Below are positions 51,895 through 62,686 of a stretch of DNA of 64,000 nt, one piece after another. Both the position numbers and the translations under genes were made by a program. Within the stretch, counting starts at the first letter, position 1, and each line of letters begins with the position of its first letter. The DNA lies in NCBI RefSeq assembly GCF_006345805.1, contig NC_043011.1, positions 51,348,464-51,412,463 of the forward strand, read 5' to 3'. The notes beneath the pieces are model-generated. The model was not told where the DNA came from. It made no database searches and saw nothing but the letters and a program-made list of their open reading frames with translations. Source of the stretch: Octopus sinensis. Lineage: Eukaryota.

Positions 51895-52092
51895 CAGATC
51901 GCCATGTTGATTCGCTAGCCTCTGCATGCATTTTTTTTCTGTGTTTCTTTTCTGTGTATCTTTCTGTTGAAGAGCGTAGGCTCGAAACGTAAAAGACTTG
52001 TTTTATTTATATTCCTGAGCACCATACTAATACAATTGTTTGCTTGTATTCCACCTGCCTTCGTCTTTTGTTCATTTTCGTAAAGCTTCCCG
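51895..52092 (+). mobile_element. Short non-autonomous element (PLE pseudo-LTR-like) carrying an HHR motif, copy 1
   Basis: Homologous to ~57260-57458; flanked by (TA)n. Confidence 0.75.
51959..51996 (+). ncRNA. Minimal type I HHR variant (CUGUUGA-A core)
   Basis: TCTTT-CTGTTGA-A-GAGC-GTAG-GCTC-GAAAC-GTA-AAAGA: stem I 5 bp, stem II 4 bp, palindromic ACGU stem III. Confidence 0.7.
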
Positions 52093-52816
52093 TTTTATAT
52101 ATATATATATATATATATATTGCTATATTTCAGGTTGGTCTTTTTTTTTTCTTGTCAAATATACACATGCACTATATATTCAATCTTCATTTGATTATCG
52201 GTGTTCTTATTTTATGTCCATTGTATGGAAATCTTTCACCACACACCATTCTGGTAGAATGTACTATACAGAGCAGGAGGAGACACACGGATGGAAAGTC
52301 ACCGAAGAGGTTACAGGTGTGTGATGAAAGAGACGATGGAGATAAAATAAGAACAAGAATAAACAAGTGAAGAATGAATATATAATGCATGTGTTTACTT
52401 GGCAAGAAAAAAAGATATAACTATCGTGAAATATAACAATATCTGTTTCAACACATGATTCCAAATCAGGAATCTTGCAAAACAAATACATAAATATATA
52501 TATATATATATACACACACACATACATGTATATATGCAACTGAAATACTATGCATATGTGTTTATGTGTATGTTCTATACTTATGCATATGTAAAAATGA
52601 ATCTTTTCATTCTCAGACAAAAAGAATTCTGGAGGAATGAGAATCCGTTTCTGCTCATGACATCTAAACTTATCCAAACTCTTGAATACCACTCTATGTT
52701 TACATGTTAATACGTGTGTGTGTGTGTGTAAATATATATATATATATTTACACACACACGTATTAACATGTAAACATGCATGCATGTGTGTATATATATA
52801 TATATATTATATATAT

Positions 52817-52862
<46 letters not shown>

Positions 52863-53774
52863 TAAACATATATATATATATATATAAATAGATGAGTGTA
52901 TTTTTGCCTTGTTAACAATTAACACGCAAAATATAGATATATATAGGGTATTGAGATTGAGAGAATCAACCATTCTAAATTAAATTGTTCATTGTGATCT
53001 TTTAGATCAGGGAGTAAGATATTGAAAAACATCAATATATGTCAGAGTGACAAAGAAATGAGGAAGGTACTAGATAGTTGTGGGATGTGCCAGAAACAAC
53101 AGCTAAATTTCCCTTAAATTACACACCTTTTCATCTGAAAATATTTTCAAATCTTTTATCAAAAAGGCTTCTCCCTTTGTTTTTAAGTGCAAAAGAATTG
53201 GTTAAAATTGGTCAAGAGGGATGGTGGTGAAGGGGAGGGTGTGTATGGAAAAAGTCAGAAACTTTCTTAAATTTTTTCCTCATAATAAGCTTCCCTGGTC
53301 GTTTCCAAGGCAGTGGTGAAAAAAATTTGAAAAATCCCTGTCAAAATGGGGAAAATCCAACTTATGTGGGAATCATGATCTGAAACCTTGCCATTTATAG
53401 CCATTTTTAATAGTCCATTAAGATGGTATCAAGTTCCATAATTTCAGGATTTATTTAGTCGTCTACCTACTTACAAAATGTGCCAAAACTCAAGTCCCTG
53501 ATGCTTGTAGCTTTGGATTTAGCTATGTCTGAAAACACCGAGAAATCGACTGCTTGTTACATGCACCAAAAAAAGGCATTACAAAACTATTTTTTAAAAA
53601 TTGCCAAAAAGAAAGGTTTCATTTTCATATATATATATGTATATGTTTGTGTGTGTGTGTATGTATATATATAATAGACACATACACACACACATATATA
53701 CAGACACAAATATATGACAGTGTATGGGGTTAGATGTATACATGCATATATATATGTGTGTGTGTGTGTATATA

Positions 53775-54643
53775 CAGGGTGCAGTGAATATATTGTTGTC
53801 TAAATTACTCAAAAATGAAAATAATAATGAAATCTTATTTTAACAGATATATTTACCAATATTACTTAAAAATATCTTGAAATACTAAAGAGTAAATTTA
53901 TTCAATAAAATCGCCTTTGGCTTCAACCACAGTCTCCAGACGGCTTCAGAATCTCCTGCAACTCTTCTGGATAGTCTCCTTGTTTAAATTAGTGAATGCT
54001 GCCATGATCTTTGGTGTTACATGAAGTTTTGTTGGTCTCTTGCTCAACTGCACCCCACACATAACAATCAAGGAGGTTGCAATCTGGGGAGTTAGGTGGT
54101 CAGATGTGAGTGGTGATGTGGTTGCAGAAATTGTCTGACAGCCATGATTAGGTTCTCCTGCTTGTGTGGCATAGTGCAGAGTCCTGTTACCAGACATAGG
54201 GTTTTCCAGCAGCCATCCTCTTGACTCAGGGCAGCAGTACCTCCTCCAGGCACTTAATGTAAGCTTCCATGTTGAGTCTGAGGTCGTGTGGGAAAATGAA
54301 TGGAGGCATAATGTTGCCATCACTAGTGATCACTCCAGACACCATGATGTTGACTGGATGTTTGATTTTTATCAGTCTTGATACATGTCCTCAGATGGCA
54401 CTGTCCCCAGATTGACATGCAAACACTCTGAAATGTTCATATTAGAGTTGCCAGTGTGAATGCCAAGCAGTACAGCATGTCATTTCCAAATTTCTGGCAG
54501 AATGAATTGCATCATGGCGCTGTTTTTCTCACAGACAGTGCCCAGTTGACCCTACTATACTGTGTAGTCACCAAAATCAAAAACAGACAATGCACATGCA
54601 CGAAATAAAAAATATGAAATAGCAACAATTTACCCATCGCACC

Positions 54644-54646
<3 letters not shown>
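53775..54646 (-). mobile_element. Internally deleted Tc1/mariner transposon, DD37D (maT-like) relic
   Basis: TIRs CAGGGTGCAGTGAATATATTGTTG / CAACAATTTACCCATCGCACCCTG with TA on the left. Decayed transposase ..YVW*QDSALCH..*PPNSPDCNLLDCYVWG..SRLEAVVEAKGDFIE*; 37 codons between the second and third D. Confidence 0.9.
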
Positions 54647-54695
<49 letters not shown>

Positions 54696-54902
54696 CATCA
54701 TCATCATCATCATTTAGCGTCCGCTTTCCATGCTAGCATGGGTTGGACGGTTCAACTGGGGTCTGTGAAGCCAGAAGGCTGCATCAGGCCCAGTCTGATC
54801 TGGCAATGTTTCTATGGCTGGATGCCCTTCCTAACAAGGCCCTTCCTAATATATATATGTATCAAATGAAATAAAATAAAAAACAGGACACAAAGGATGT
54901 TG

Positions 54903-54993
54903 CGGTACACATGTTTCGAGCTTTATAAAACAACTTATTCTTACATCAATGCATAATCGACATAACAGATAGTTTAAAAGCCCTCCTCAGCCG
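54903..54993 (-). ncRNA. Type I hammerhead ribozyme with fully canonical core, sense to POU6 intron
   Basis: CGG-CTGAGGA-GGGCTTT...AAAGCTC-GAAAC-ATGT-GTA-CCG: stem I CGG/CCG (extendable), stem II GGGCUUU/AAAGCUC plus distal UAUGUCGA/UUGAUGUA helix, C-G closing AUGU, GUA cleavage triplet (cut between 54906 and 54905). Confidence 0.8.
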
Positions 54994-56045
54994 TATGCAA
55001 TTGCTACACCAAAGACTTGTATCACATTATGAAAGGTTTGAAAAAAAACATTTGGTATTATTTATAATGGTATTTATAATATATATATATCCTCATGTCA
55101 ATCAACACCTCGTCAGTTTATCTGGTAGATGGAAACTAAAAGAAGCCTGTCATGTATGCATGTGTGTGAGTGTGTGTTTTGTGTGTGTGTGTACTGTGTA
55201 TGTGTGTATGCACCTGTCTTGACATCATGTAATGGTTGTAAGCGAGCCTCACCATCACACAACCAATGTTGTTTGTTTCCAGCTTGCCATGAACAAAATG
55301 TCAGACCATAAATAAATTCCATCTGACTCATGCAGACATGGAAAAGTAGATGTTATGACGATAATGATGATAATACTGATGCTGATAATGATGATGATGA
55401 TATATAAATATATATATATCTGAAACTGTATTTAACTTTGCAGGAATATAATGTATCAACATGATTTTAATGTCCACCTGCACAAGTCAGATGGAATTCA
55501 TTGCAGTTAGTTTTCCATTGCTGGAAGCCTTTCTTGTTGCCAACTCTCATCTGTTTCCAAGCAAGGTAACATTTCCAAATGGCTGGACATGATTTCAAGA
55601 AAGAAAGACTGAAAATGAACGACATGGCTTATTTTACCACATGATGTAAAGACACACATATACATTTACACACACACACACATATATACATATATGCATG
55701 TATATATCATTCTTTTATTCTTTTACTTGTGTCAATCATTAGACTGTGGCCATGCTGGGGCACCACCTTGAAGTGATTAATTGAACAAATCAACCTGAAA
55801 ACTATTTTTTAAAGCCTGGTGCTTATTCTAGCAGTCTCTTTTTGCAGAACCACAATATGCATATATACATATGTGTAGACATACATATATAAATATACAT
55901 ATACACATATGAATACCTATCTGCCTGTCTGTCTATCTATCTGTCTATCTACCTATCTATCTACATTATGTATATATATATATATATATATATGCACACA
56001 CACATATAGATATATAAATATTTATTATGTCTCTCTCTCTCTCTC

Positions 56046-56095
<50 letters not shown>

Positions 56096-57115
56096 CACTT
56101 CAGAATACACTGATATGTTTCACTTTAAAAACAGTTTTAAGGAGGGAGTCATAGAAATATGTTGAAACTACTACTACTACTACTACTACTACTAATACTA
56201 CTACTACTACTACTATACTACTACTGCAGCTGCTGCTGCTACTACTACTACTACCACAACCACCGCTACTGCTGCTGCAATATTCAAATGTCTATAAAAT
56301 ACTGCACACATACAGACACATACACATAGAAACATACATAAGCACATACATGCACACAAACAGATTAATATGCACAAGCAGACATACATACACAGACAAA
56401 ATCAGATATAGTTTGTTACACACACACACATACACATCTAGTATAACCATAGGTTTTTTTGGAAGATTTCCATTTAAGACATTTCTTAAAGAGAAGAGAG
56501 AAGATTAATATGAAAGAGAGTGCAATGATGGCTCAGTCAAAAGTGATGTGAATGCCATACTGATGGAAATGTATTTTGGTTGCGGCTTCAACAATGCTGT
56601 CACTTCACACAGGAAGAAGAATTGTGCTGGAAATAGTTCTTTTGATTGCAACTGTTTGTTCAAAGAGGCTGCGGAAAATGGAGTTATTTTCGTGGTTTTT
56701 AGGTGAAGCTTTTAAGATTTTTGGATTGGTGAAATTTGGCACAAAATGACACTAGTTCTTAAATACTGTTCTGCTATTAGCTAGATGTTTATCTGGAAAC
56801 GTTGACTGGATTGCTTGCCAATGCCAAGGCAGACAGAGCCTGGAGATGTTGATTGGATATTTTCAGCATGTAGAGTTGGTGGGATAAACAGACGCAGATT
56901 GTGGATGCTTGTCTGAGTAGAGTTAGTGTGCAGATGTTGACAGGATAACAGGCATATTCAGATGTTGATAGAGACAGTGAGACACTGTCTACGTAGGTTG
57001 TGTAGGTAAAGATAGTGTAGTTTTGTAGATGGGATAAACATGGTCTCTATGTGTTGTCTGGGTTGAGATAGTGCTTGTATGCACATATGTGTGCATATGT
57101 GTGTGTGTGTGTGTA

Positions 57116-57166
<51 letters not shown>

Positions 57167-57189
57167 GCGTATATATATATATATTTCGT

Positions 57190-57453
57190 ATTGGAAGTCA
57201 CTTGACCCTGTTATCTCCCCCACTCACCCTCACGCGTCTGACCACTGTTCGAAGTCAGGACGCCATGATAGATCGTTAGCCCCTACACGCATTTTTTTCT
57301 CTCCTTGTTTTTTTCTGTGTATCTTTCTGTCAAAGAGCGTAGGCTCGAAACGTAAAAGACTTTTTCTATTTCTATTCCTGAGCGCTATACTAATACATTT
57401 GTTTGTTTGTACTCCACCTGCCTTCGTCTTTTGTTTATTTTCGTAAACTTTCC

Positions 57454-57491
<38 letters not shown>

Positions 57492-57503
57492 GGAAAGTTT
57501 ACG

Positions 57504-57509
<6 letters not shown>
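57190..57509 (+). mobile_element. PLE pseudo-LTR-like element, copy 2, with inverted terminal segment
   Basis: Homologous to 51895-52092; its last ~23 nt recur inverted after (TA)16. Confidence 0.75.
57322..57359 (+). ncRNA. Minimal type I HHR variant (CUGUCAA-A core), copy 2
   Basis: TCTTT-CTGTCAA-A-GAGC-GTAG-GCTC-GAAAC-GTA-AAAGA. Confidence 0.65.
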
Positions 57510-57548
<39 letters not shown>

Positions 57549-59263
57549 ATTACCTGTAACTTCAAATAGTCAGTGAAGTGTTCTTTGAGGATCCGTTGTG
57601 GTTGAGCTTCTATATGGATCTGGAACATCTATTGCGGGGCTCCAAACAACCATAATGGCAAAATATGTACAGGAAGTTTGTGGATATCTTTATTTTACCT
57701 GTGTGTGTGTGTGTGCGTGCGTGTGTGTGTGTGCGTGCGTGTGTGTGTGTAGATGTTGACAAGATAAATAGTATATAAGTGTTGGCAGACGGTTAGACAC
57801 AGTCTGAATAAGTTACCTGGATAGAGAGAATGTGTGTGTGTTGGTTAGGTAGGAACAGTGTGTAGATATTGGCAGAACAGATAGACACACAGTGAGTAAA
57901 TGTTATTTAGACAAATAGCTCAATGAATGTTAGTTCATTCATTAGCCAGACAGAGTCTGTTAATGTTGACTGGATAGGTAAATACGATGTGTAGCTAGAA
58001 AGATGTACAGAAGTTGACTAGGGAGATATATATTGTGATTTGATGTTGCCACGATAGATACACAAACTGTGCAGATAAAAATCACACAACGCACCATGGA
58101 GAAAATAAATTACAAAGTTCTGTATAAGAATTTACATTTTGCCTAAGGTTCAAATAATTTTCTTATTATAACTAAAGCCGAATGAAAATCATGTTTCTTT
58201 GATTATCAGGCTTCTCTTTAGTGAAGGTAACTCTAAAATGATTGCATTGTACTCTGTCTTCTAAAACTGAGAAGTTATAATACAATTGATTGAGAATCAG
58301 CCTGAGAATATTACTGATTTATAGTTTATCAACCCTGGTGTGAGATGAGCTGCATGATTCTTGACCTGCTGAAAATAGCAGTCAAGCCTATCTCAGATCA
58401 CAATAAACAATTTTATAATAAATAGAAATGGATACATTTGATAATGACATCCTGTACAGCCTTAATAGCAGGCAGGTTGTTCATGGCTAGAATACCTTCA
58501 GTCATATACATGTCTGGTCAATCAGGGTTGACCTGGGCTAAAAAGCAGCAACCACAACTCAAAATAGGAAAACTGAATACAAGCTGCAGTTAGATGAGGT
58601 ACCAAATGAAGATCTCACTTGGTCTACACTATGTGTCTCACAACTGTATATATTGTGATGAGATTCTGCATGTGGTTCATAATGAATATGAAATTAAACC
58701 TTATAAGATAACAAGGTGATAACTAAGTTTTTAAAAAATGGATAGGGAAAAGAAGTGTTTTATATGAGTGAGTACAGAGGATAAATTCTAAAACCAAAAT
58801 GAAAATCCTCTCCACTTACCCCTGATTAAATATAGATATGCAACCTTAATTTCCTTTTAATTTATATTTTCGTTTATAATAGGCCTATAACCTATTTTCC
58901 TTTATTCTAATTTTATAGTAATTGGGAGCATTTTACTTTAAATAAAACATTATAGAAATTATAGTTTTTTAATTTTGTGCAGGCCAGGCATAAAGTATAA
59001 GGATGTTCTGTTTACACTGTACACAGAAGTTCTTTCGGTGAAAGTGTAAAACAAAGCAATGTTCTGGTTGCAGTATATATATAGCCTATAAAACTGTTCA
59101 AGCTACGGTATATAACATAAAAATCTTCTAGCAATAGAATATAAAACATTGTTTTGGCAACAGTATACAATAAAACAACATTTTGGCAACATTTTAGAAT
59201 CACACCATCAATGAACATTCTGTTGTTATTCTTAAACTTGCTTTAAATTATAACTTTATTTTA

Positions 59264-59294
<31 letters not shown>

Positions 59295-59749
59295 TACGTG
59301 TATAGATGTGTGTGTGTGGCAGAGTGGTTAGGAAGTTTACTTCCTCATCATGTGGGCTTCAGTTCAATCTCACCTCACTGTGTGGTACCTTGGGCAAGTG
59401 TCGGCTATTATAGACCCAGGCCAACTAAGCGAGAGGATTTGATAGATGGAAACTGGAAAAAGCCTGCTGTGTGTGTGAGTGTGTGTGTGCGCGCACCGCG
59501 TGTGACCTTATCTTGACATCATGTGATGATTGTAAAAGAGCATTAACCTTATTATTCAAGGGATGTTATTCATTTCCAGTGAAAAACATGCCTGGTTATG
59601 GGGAAATATTACTTTACCTATAAAAAGATAAGGGTTGGTGATAGGAAGGGAATTCAGCCATAAAATATCTGCTTCAAAAAATTCCGTGTAACGCATGTGA
59701 GCATGGAAAAGTAGATGTTAAAATCATAATGAAGATGATGATGATGATG

Positions 59750-59990
59750 ATTTGTTTCAAATTTTCGTACAAAGCCAGCAATTTTTTTTTTAGAGGGAGG
59801 GGATCCAGTTGATTACATTGACCCCCAGTACTTGACTGATACTTTATTTTATTGACGCCAAAAGAGTGAAAGGCAAAGTTGACCTTAATGGGATTTGAAT
59901 GCAGAATGTGAAAAGCTAGAATGAATGTTGCGAGGCAATTTTTCTGAAGCTCCAGTGATTCTGTCAAATTCACTGCCCTCAACAATGATA
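59750..59990 (-). mobile_element. SINE family B, diverged
   Basis: Reverse complement gtgaaaggcaaagttgacc..gatttgaatgcagaat. Confidence 0.75.
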
Positions 59991-60019
59991 GTTGTTTCTC
60001 AGGAATGAAATCACAAGGA

Positions 60020-60460
60020 ATGAAATTTGGGGGAGGGATTAGCAATTAAATTGACCCCTAGAAGGATGAAAGGTAAAGTTAACATTAGCAGGAGTTGAAC
60101 TCTGAAAGAAAAAGAGTTGGAACAAATGTTGCAAGGCATTTTGTTTGAAGCTCTGTCATATCACAATACTACACAGTGGCTGTGTGTGCCACGAAATCCT
60201 CGACACCACTGTTATATCGCAATACTACACAGTGGCTGTGTGTGATACAAAATCCTCGTTGCCACTGTTATATCGCAATACTACACAGTGGCTGTGTGAG
60301 CGTCTCATCCTCGTCGCCACTGTTATATCACATATTCCGATGACTTCTACTCAACTCCCGACGTCTAGACTTCTCCCTCTATATGTACGTATTGAGCTAG
60401 CTACTCCATCATCTGGGGGCGTCCACACAACAAGCTCTGATGATTCTGTCACTTCATTGT
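60020..60460 (-). mobile_element. SINE family B interrupted by a solo LTR
   Basis: gaagctc | insert | agctctgatgattctgtca rejoins to the sequence seen uninterrupted at ~59945. Confidence 0.75.
60154..60432. mobile_element. Solo LTR (279 bp) with internal 56-57 bp tandem repeats
   Basis: TGTCATAT...ACACAACA termini; 5-bp TSD AGCTC at 60149-53 and 60433-37. Confidence 0.85.
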
Positions 60461-60494
60461 TCTATAACACCTATCATTATAATAACAACATCTA

Positions 60495-60680
60495 AGAGTG
60501 GCAAGCTGGCAGAATTGTTTGCATTCCAGACAAAATCCTTATTGGCATTTCTTCTGGACTTATGTTCTGAGTTCAAATTCCACTGAGCTTGACTTTGCCT
60601 TTCATTCTTTTGGGGCCGATGAAACTGACAAGTGCCTTCCCCCAAAGTTTCAGGCCTTGTGCTCATAGTTAAAAAGGATT
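60495..60680 (+). mobile_element. SINE family B
   Basis: gtggcaagctggcagaattgtt head and ttgactttgcctttcattc block. Confidence 0.8.
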
Positions 60681-60755
60681 ATAATAACAATATCATGCCA
60701 ATCCCCCATCTATAAATAAGATACAAGGACAAAAATAAAACAAAGTGTTACTTAC

Positions 60756-60957
60756 CATTGATCTCTGGTTTGATATCGGTAACAGTGTGTGTGGTGGTGT
60801 TTTCTCCTACGGAGGGTACCGACGTGAACAGCTGATCAGGCAGACCTCCAATGCCACTGTTATTGGCCACAGACACATTTGAAACTGTGGGCATGGTGAA
60901 CACAGATGACACCGTTGCCAACGGCGACTGGGTACTCGTCGCTGATAACATAACATC
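60756..60957 (-). CDS. POU6F2: Coding exon (202 nt, phase 0 to 1), most likely an upstream exon of the POU VI gene
   Basis: tttcttgtttttcCAG| ... ATCAATG|GTAAGT. Encodes DVMLSATSTQSPLATVSSVFTMPTVSNVSVANNSGIGGLPDQLFTSVPSVGENTTTHTVTDIKPEIN(G). Same strand and phase-compatible with exon 37971; assignment to this gene is by phase and position only. Confidence 0.75.
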
Positions 60958-61592
60958 CTGGAAAAACAAGAAAAAAAAAAATTATCATAAATCATTATGA
61001 ATTTTAGAATAAACAACATCATTAATAAGAAACCAGGGCATTATCAACATTAGCAACAATAATGAGTCAATAAAAACCTCTATATGACTGATTGCCTTGC
61101 TAGAGATAGCAAGGCAAACCTCCCTTGGATTTCACTCAAAGTCTTAAAAATAGAAGGGCACATTGGATTATGTCATGGTTGGAAGAACTTTAATCATAAA
61201 TCTGGTTTGGGAACGGGACTAAACAATGACAATAGCATCATGAGTCCAACTACATGATACCACATGGTGACACATTTATGAAGTCTCAGGAGACAGTGCC
61301 CATGAATGAAGAAAAAAAAAAGCAATATTGCAAAAGGAGCTAGCAAGAGTCAGAATTTCTGATCTTCAAAGAACTCAAATGTGTTATAAGGATCCTAGGA
61401 ACCATCTCACCCAATTTGCCAGACATTCAGTGTAACCCAACATGAAAATATTTACTTTGACTTTTTTTGTTCTGGGAGCTGTGACGGTTGATCTAATCAA
61501 ATTCCTCCACTAACAATGCTGGATGATGGCAGCATAGTCTCAGGAGGGACATCTTGAAGTTAATAAGAAGAAAACAATAGTAAGGAGACATC

Positions 61593-61639
<47 letters not shown>

Positions 61640-61649
61640 AAGCAGCAGC

Positions 61650-61681
<32 letters not shown>

Positions 61682-62164
61682 AAGCAGCAGCAGCAGTGGT
61701 GGTGGTGGTGGTAGCAGCAGCAGTAGCAGCAACAGCAGAAGCAGCAGCAGTAGCAGTAGTAGTAGTAGTAGTACGAGTGAGAAATAGGAGGAGAGAACAT
61801 ATATCTGTGTGCTGGCTGCAAACAAAACCAGTGTCATATGTTTGTATTAAAGTGATGATGATGATGATGATATATGTATATATATATATCATTGTCAACA
61901 TTATTTAACACCCATGTTTCCATTGCTTGTGAGAGTTGGACAAAATTCATCTGGGTAGATTTTCTACAGTTGGATGCTCTTCCTGTTGCTTACCATATCC
62001 TGTTTCCAAGCATGGCGATATTTTCCCTTTTTCTTCAAACATGAAACAGTTCAAAGACCAGATGTATTTCCAGGGAAGGTTGCAAACAAACGATACTACT
62101 TGTATGACAGTGACCGGTGCTTACAGTTAGCACATAGTGTCTAGACAAGGAGATAAATACACAG

Positions 62165-62200
<36 letters not shown>

Positions 62201-62650
62201 TAATACATGCACACACATTTATATAGTATGTATAGAATGCATGTAAAGAAAGTGAAACTAAGTACAAGAGATCACAAAAATAGATTAGCAGGTGTAAATA
62301 TGTACCTAAAGACATGCACACAACATTACATATGAGTCTGTATGTCCATGCATGTGTGTGCATGAGTGTGTGTGTGTGTGTGAGTATGTGTGTGTGTGTG
62401 TGCAGCAAGGTTAGCTAAACAAATAAATAGATAAATGAAAGGAAAGTAGGGTTAATGTTCAGATGGTCAAGTAGATGGAAGTATGAGTGGACAAATGGAT
62501 GGTAGGTAAGCAGGTAGATATGGAAATAGATAGAGCTATGGAAAGCAGTTCAATCAGTAGGTTATATATATATAACACACACAAAAATCTACTACATAGG
62601 TCACGTGTGTGTATGTGTATATATATATAATTATATACATGAATGTATAA

Positions 62651-62654
<4 letters not shown>

Positions 62655-62686
<32 letters not shown>

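Larger units (their letters stand above)
56780..58050. repeat. Degenerate ~26-30 bp minisatellite (tgtagatgttgacaggatagacag) interrupted by microsatellites and an HHR element
   Basis: Recurrent (a)gatgttga/gatattgg motifs at 56780-57050 and 57750-58050. Confidence 0.55.

Noticed and set aside
60160-60330. CRISPR-like repeat/spacer appearance
   Set aside because: Eukaryotic context, variable part only 8-9 nt, no cas genes; it is internal to a solo LTR.
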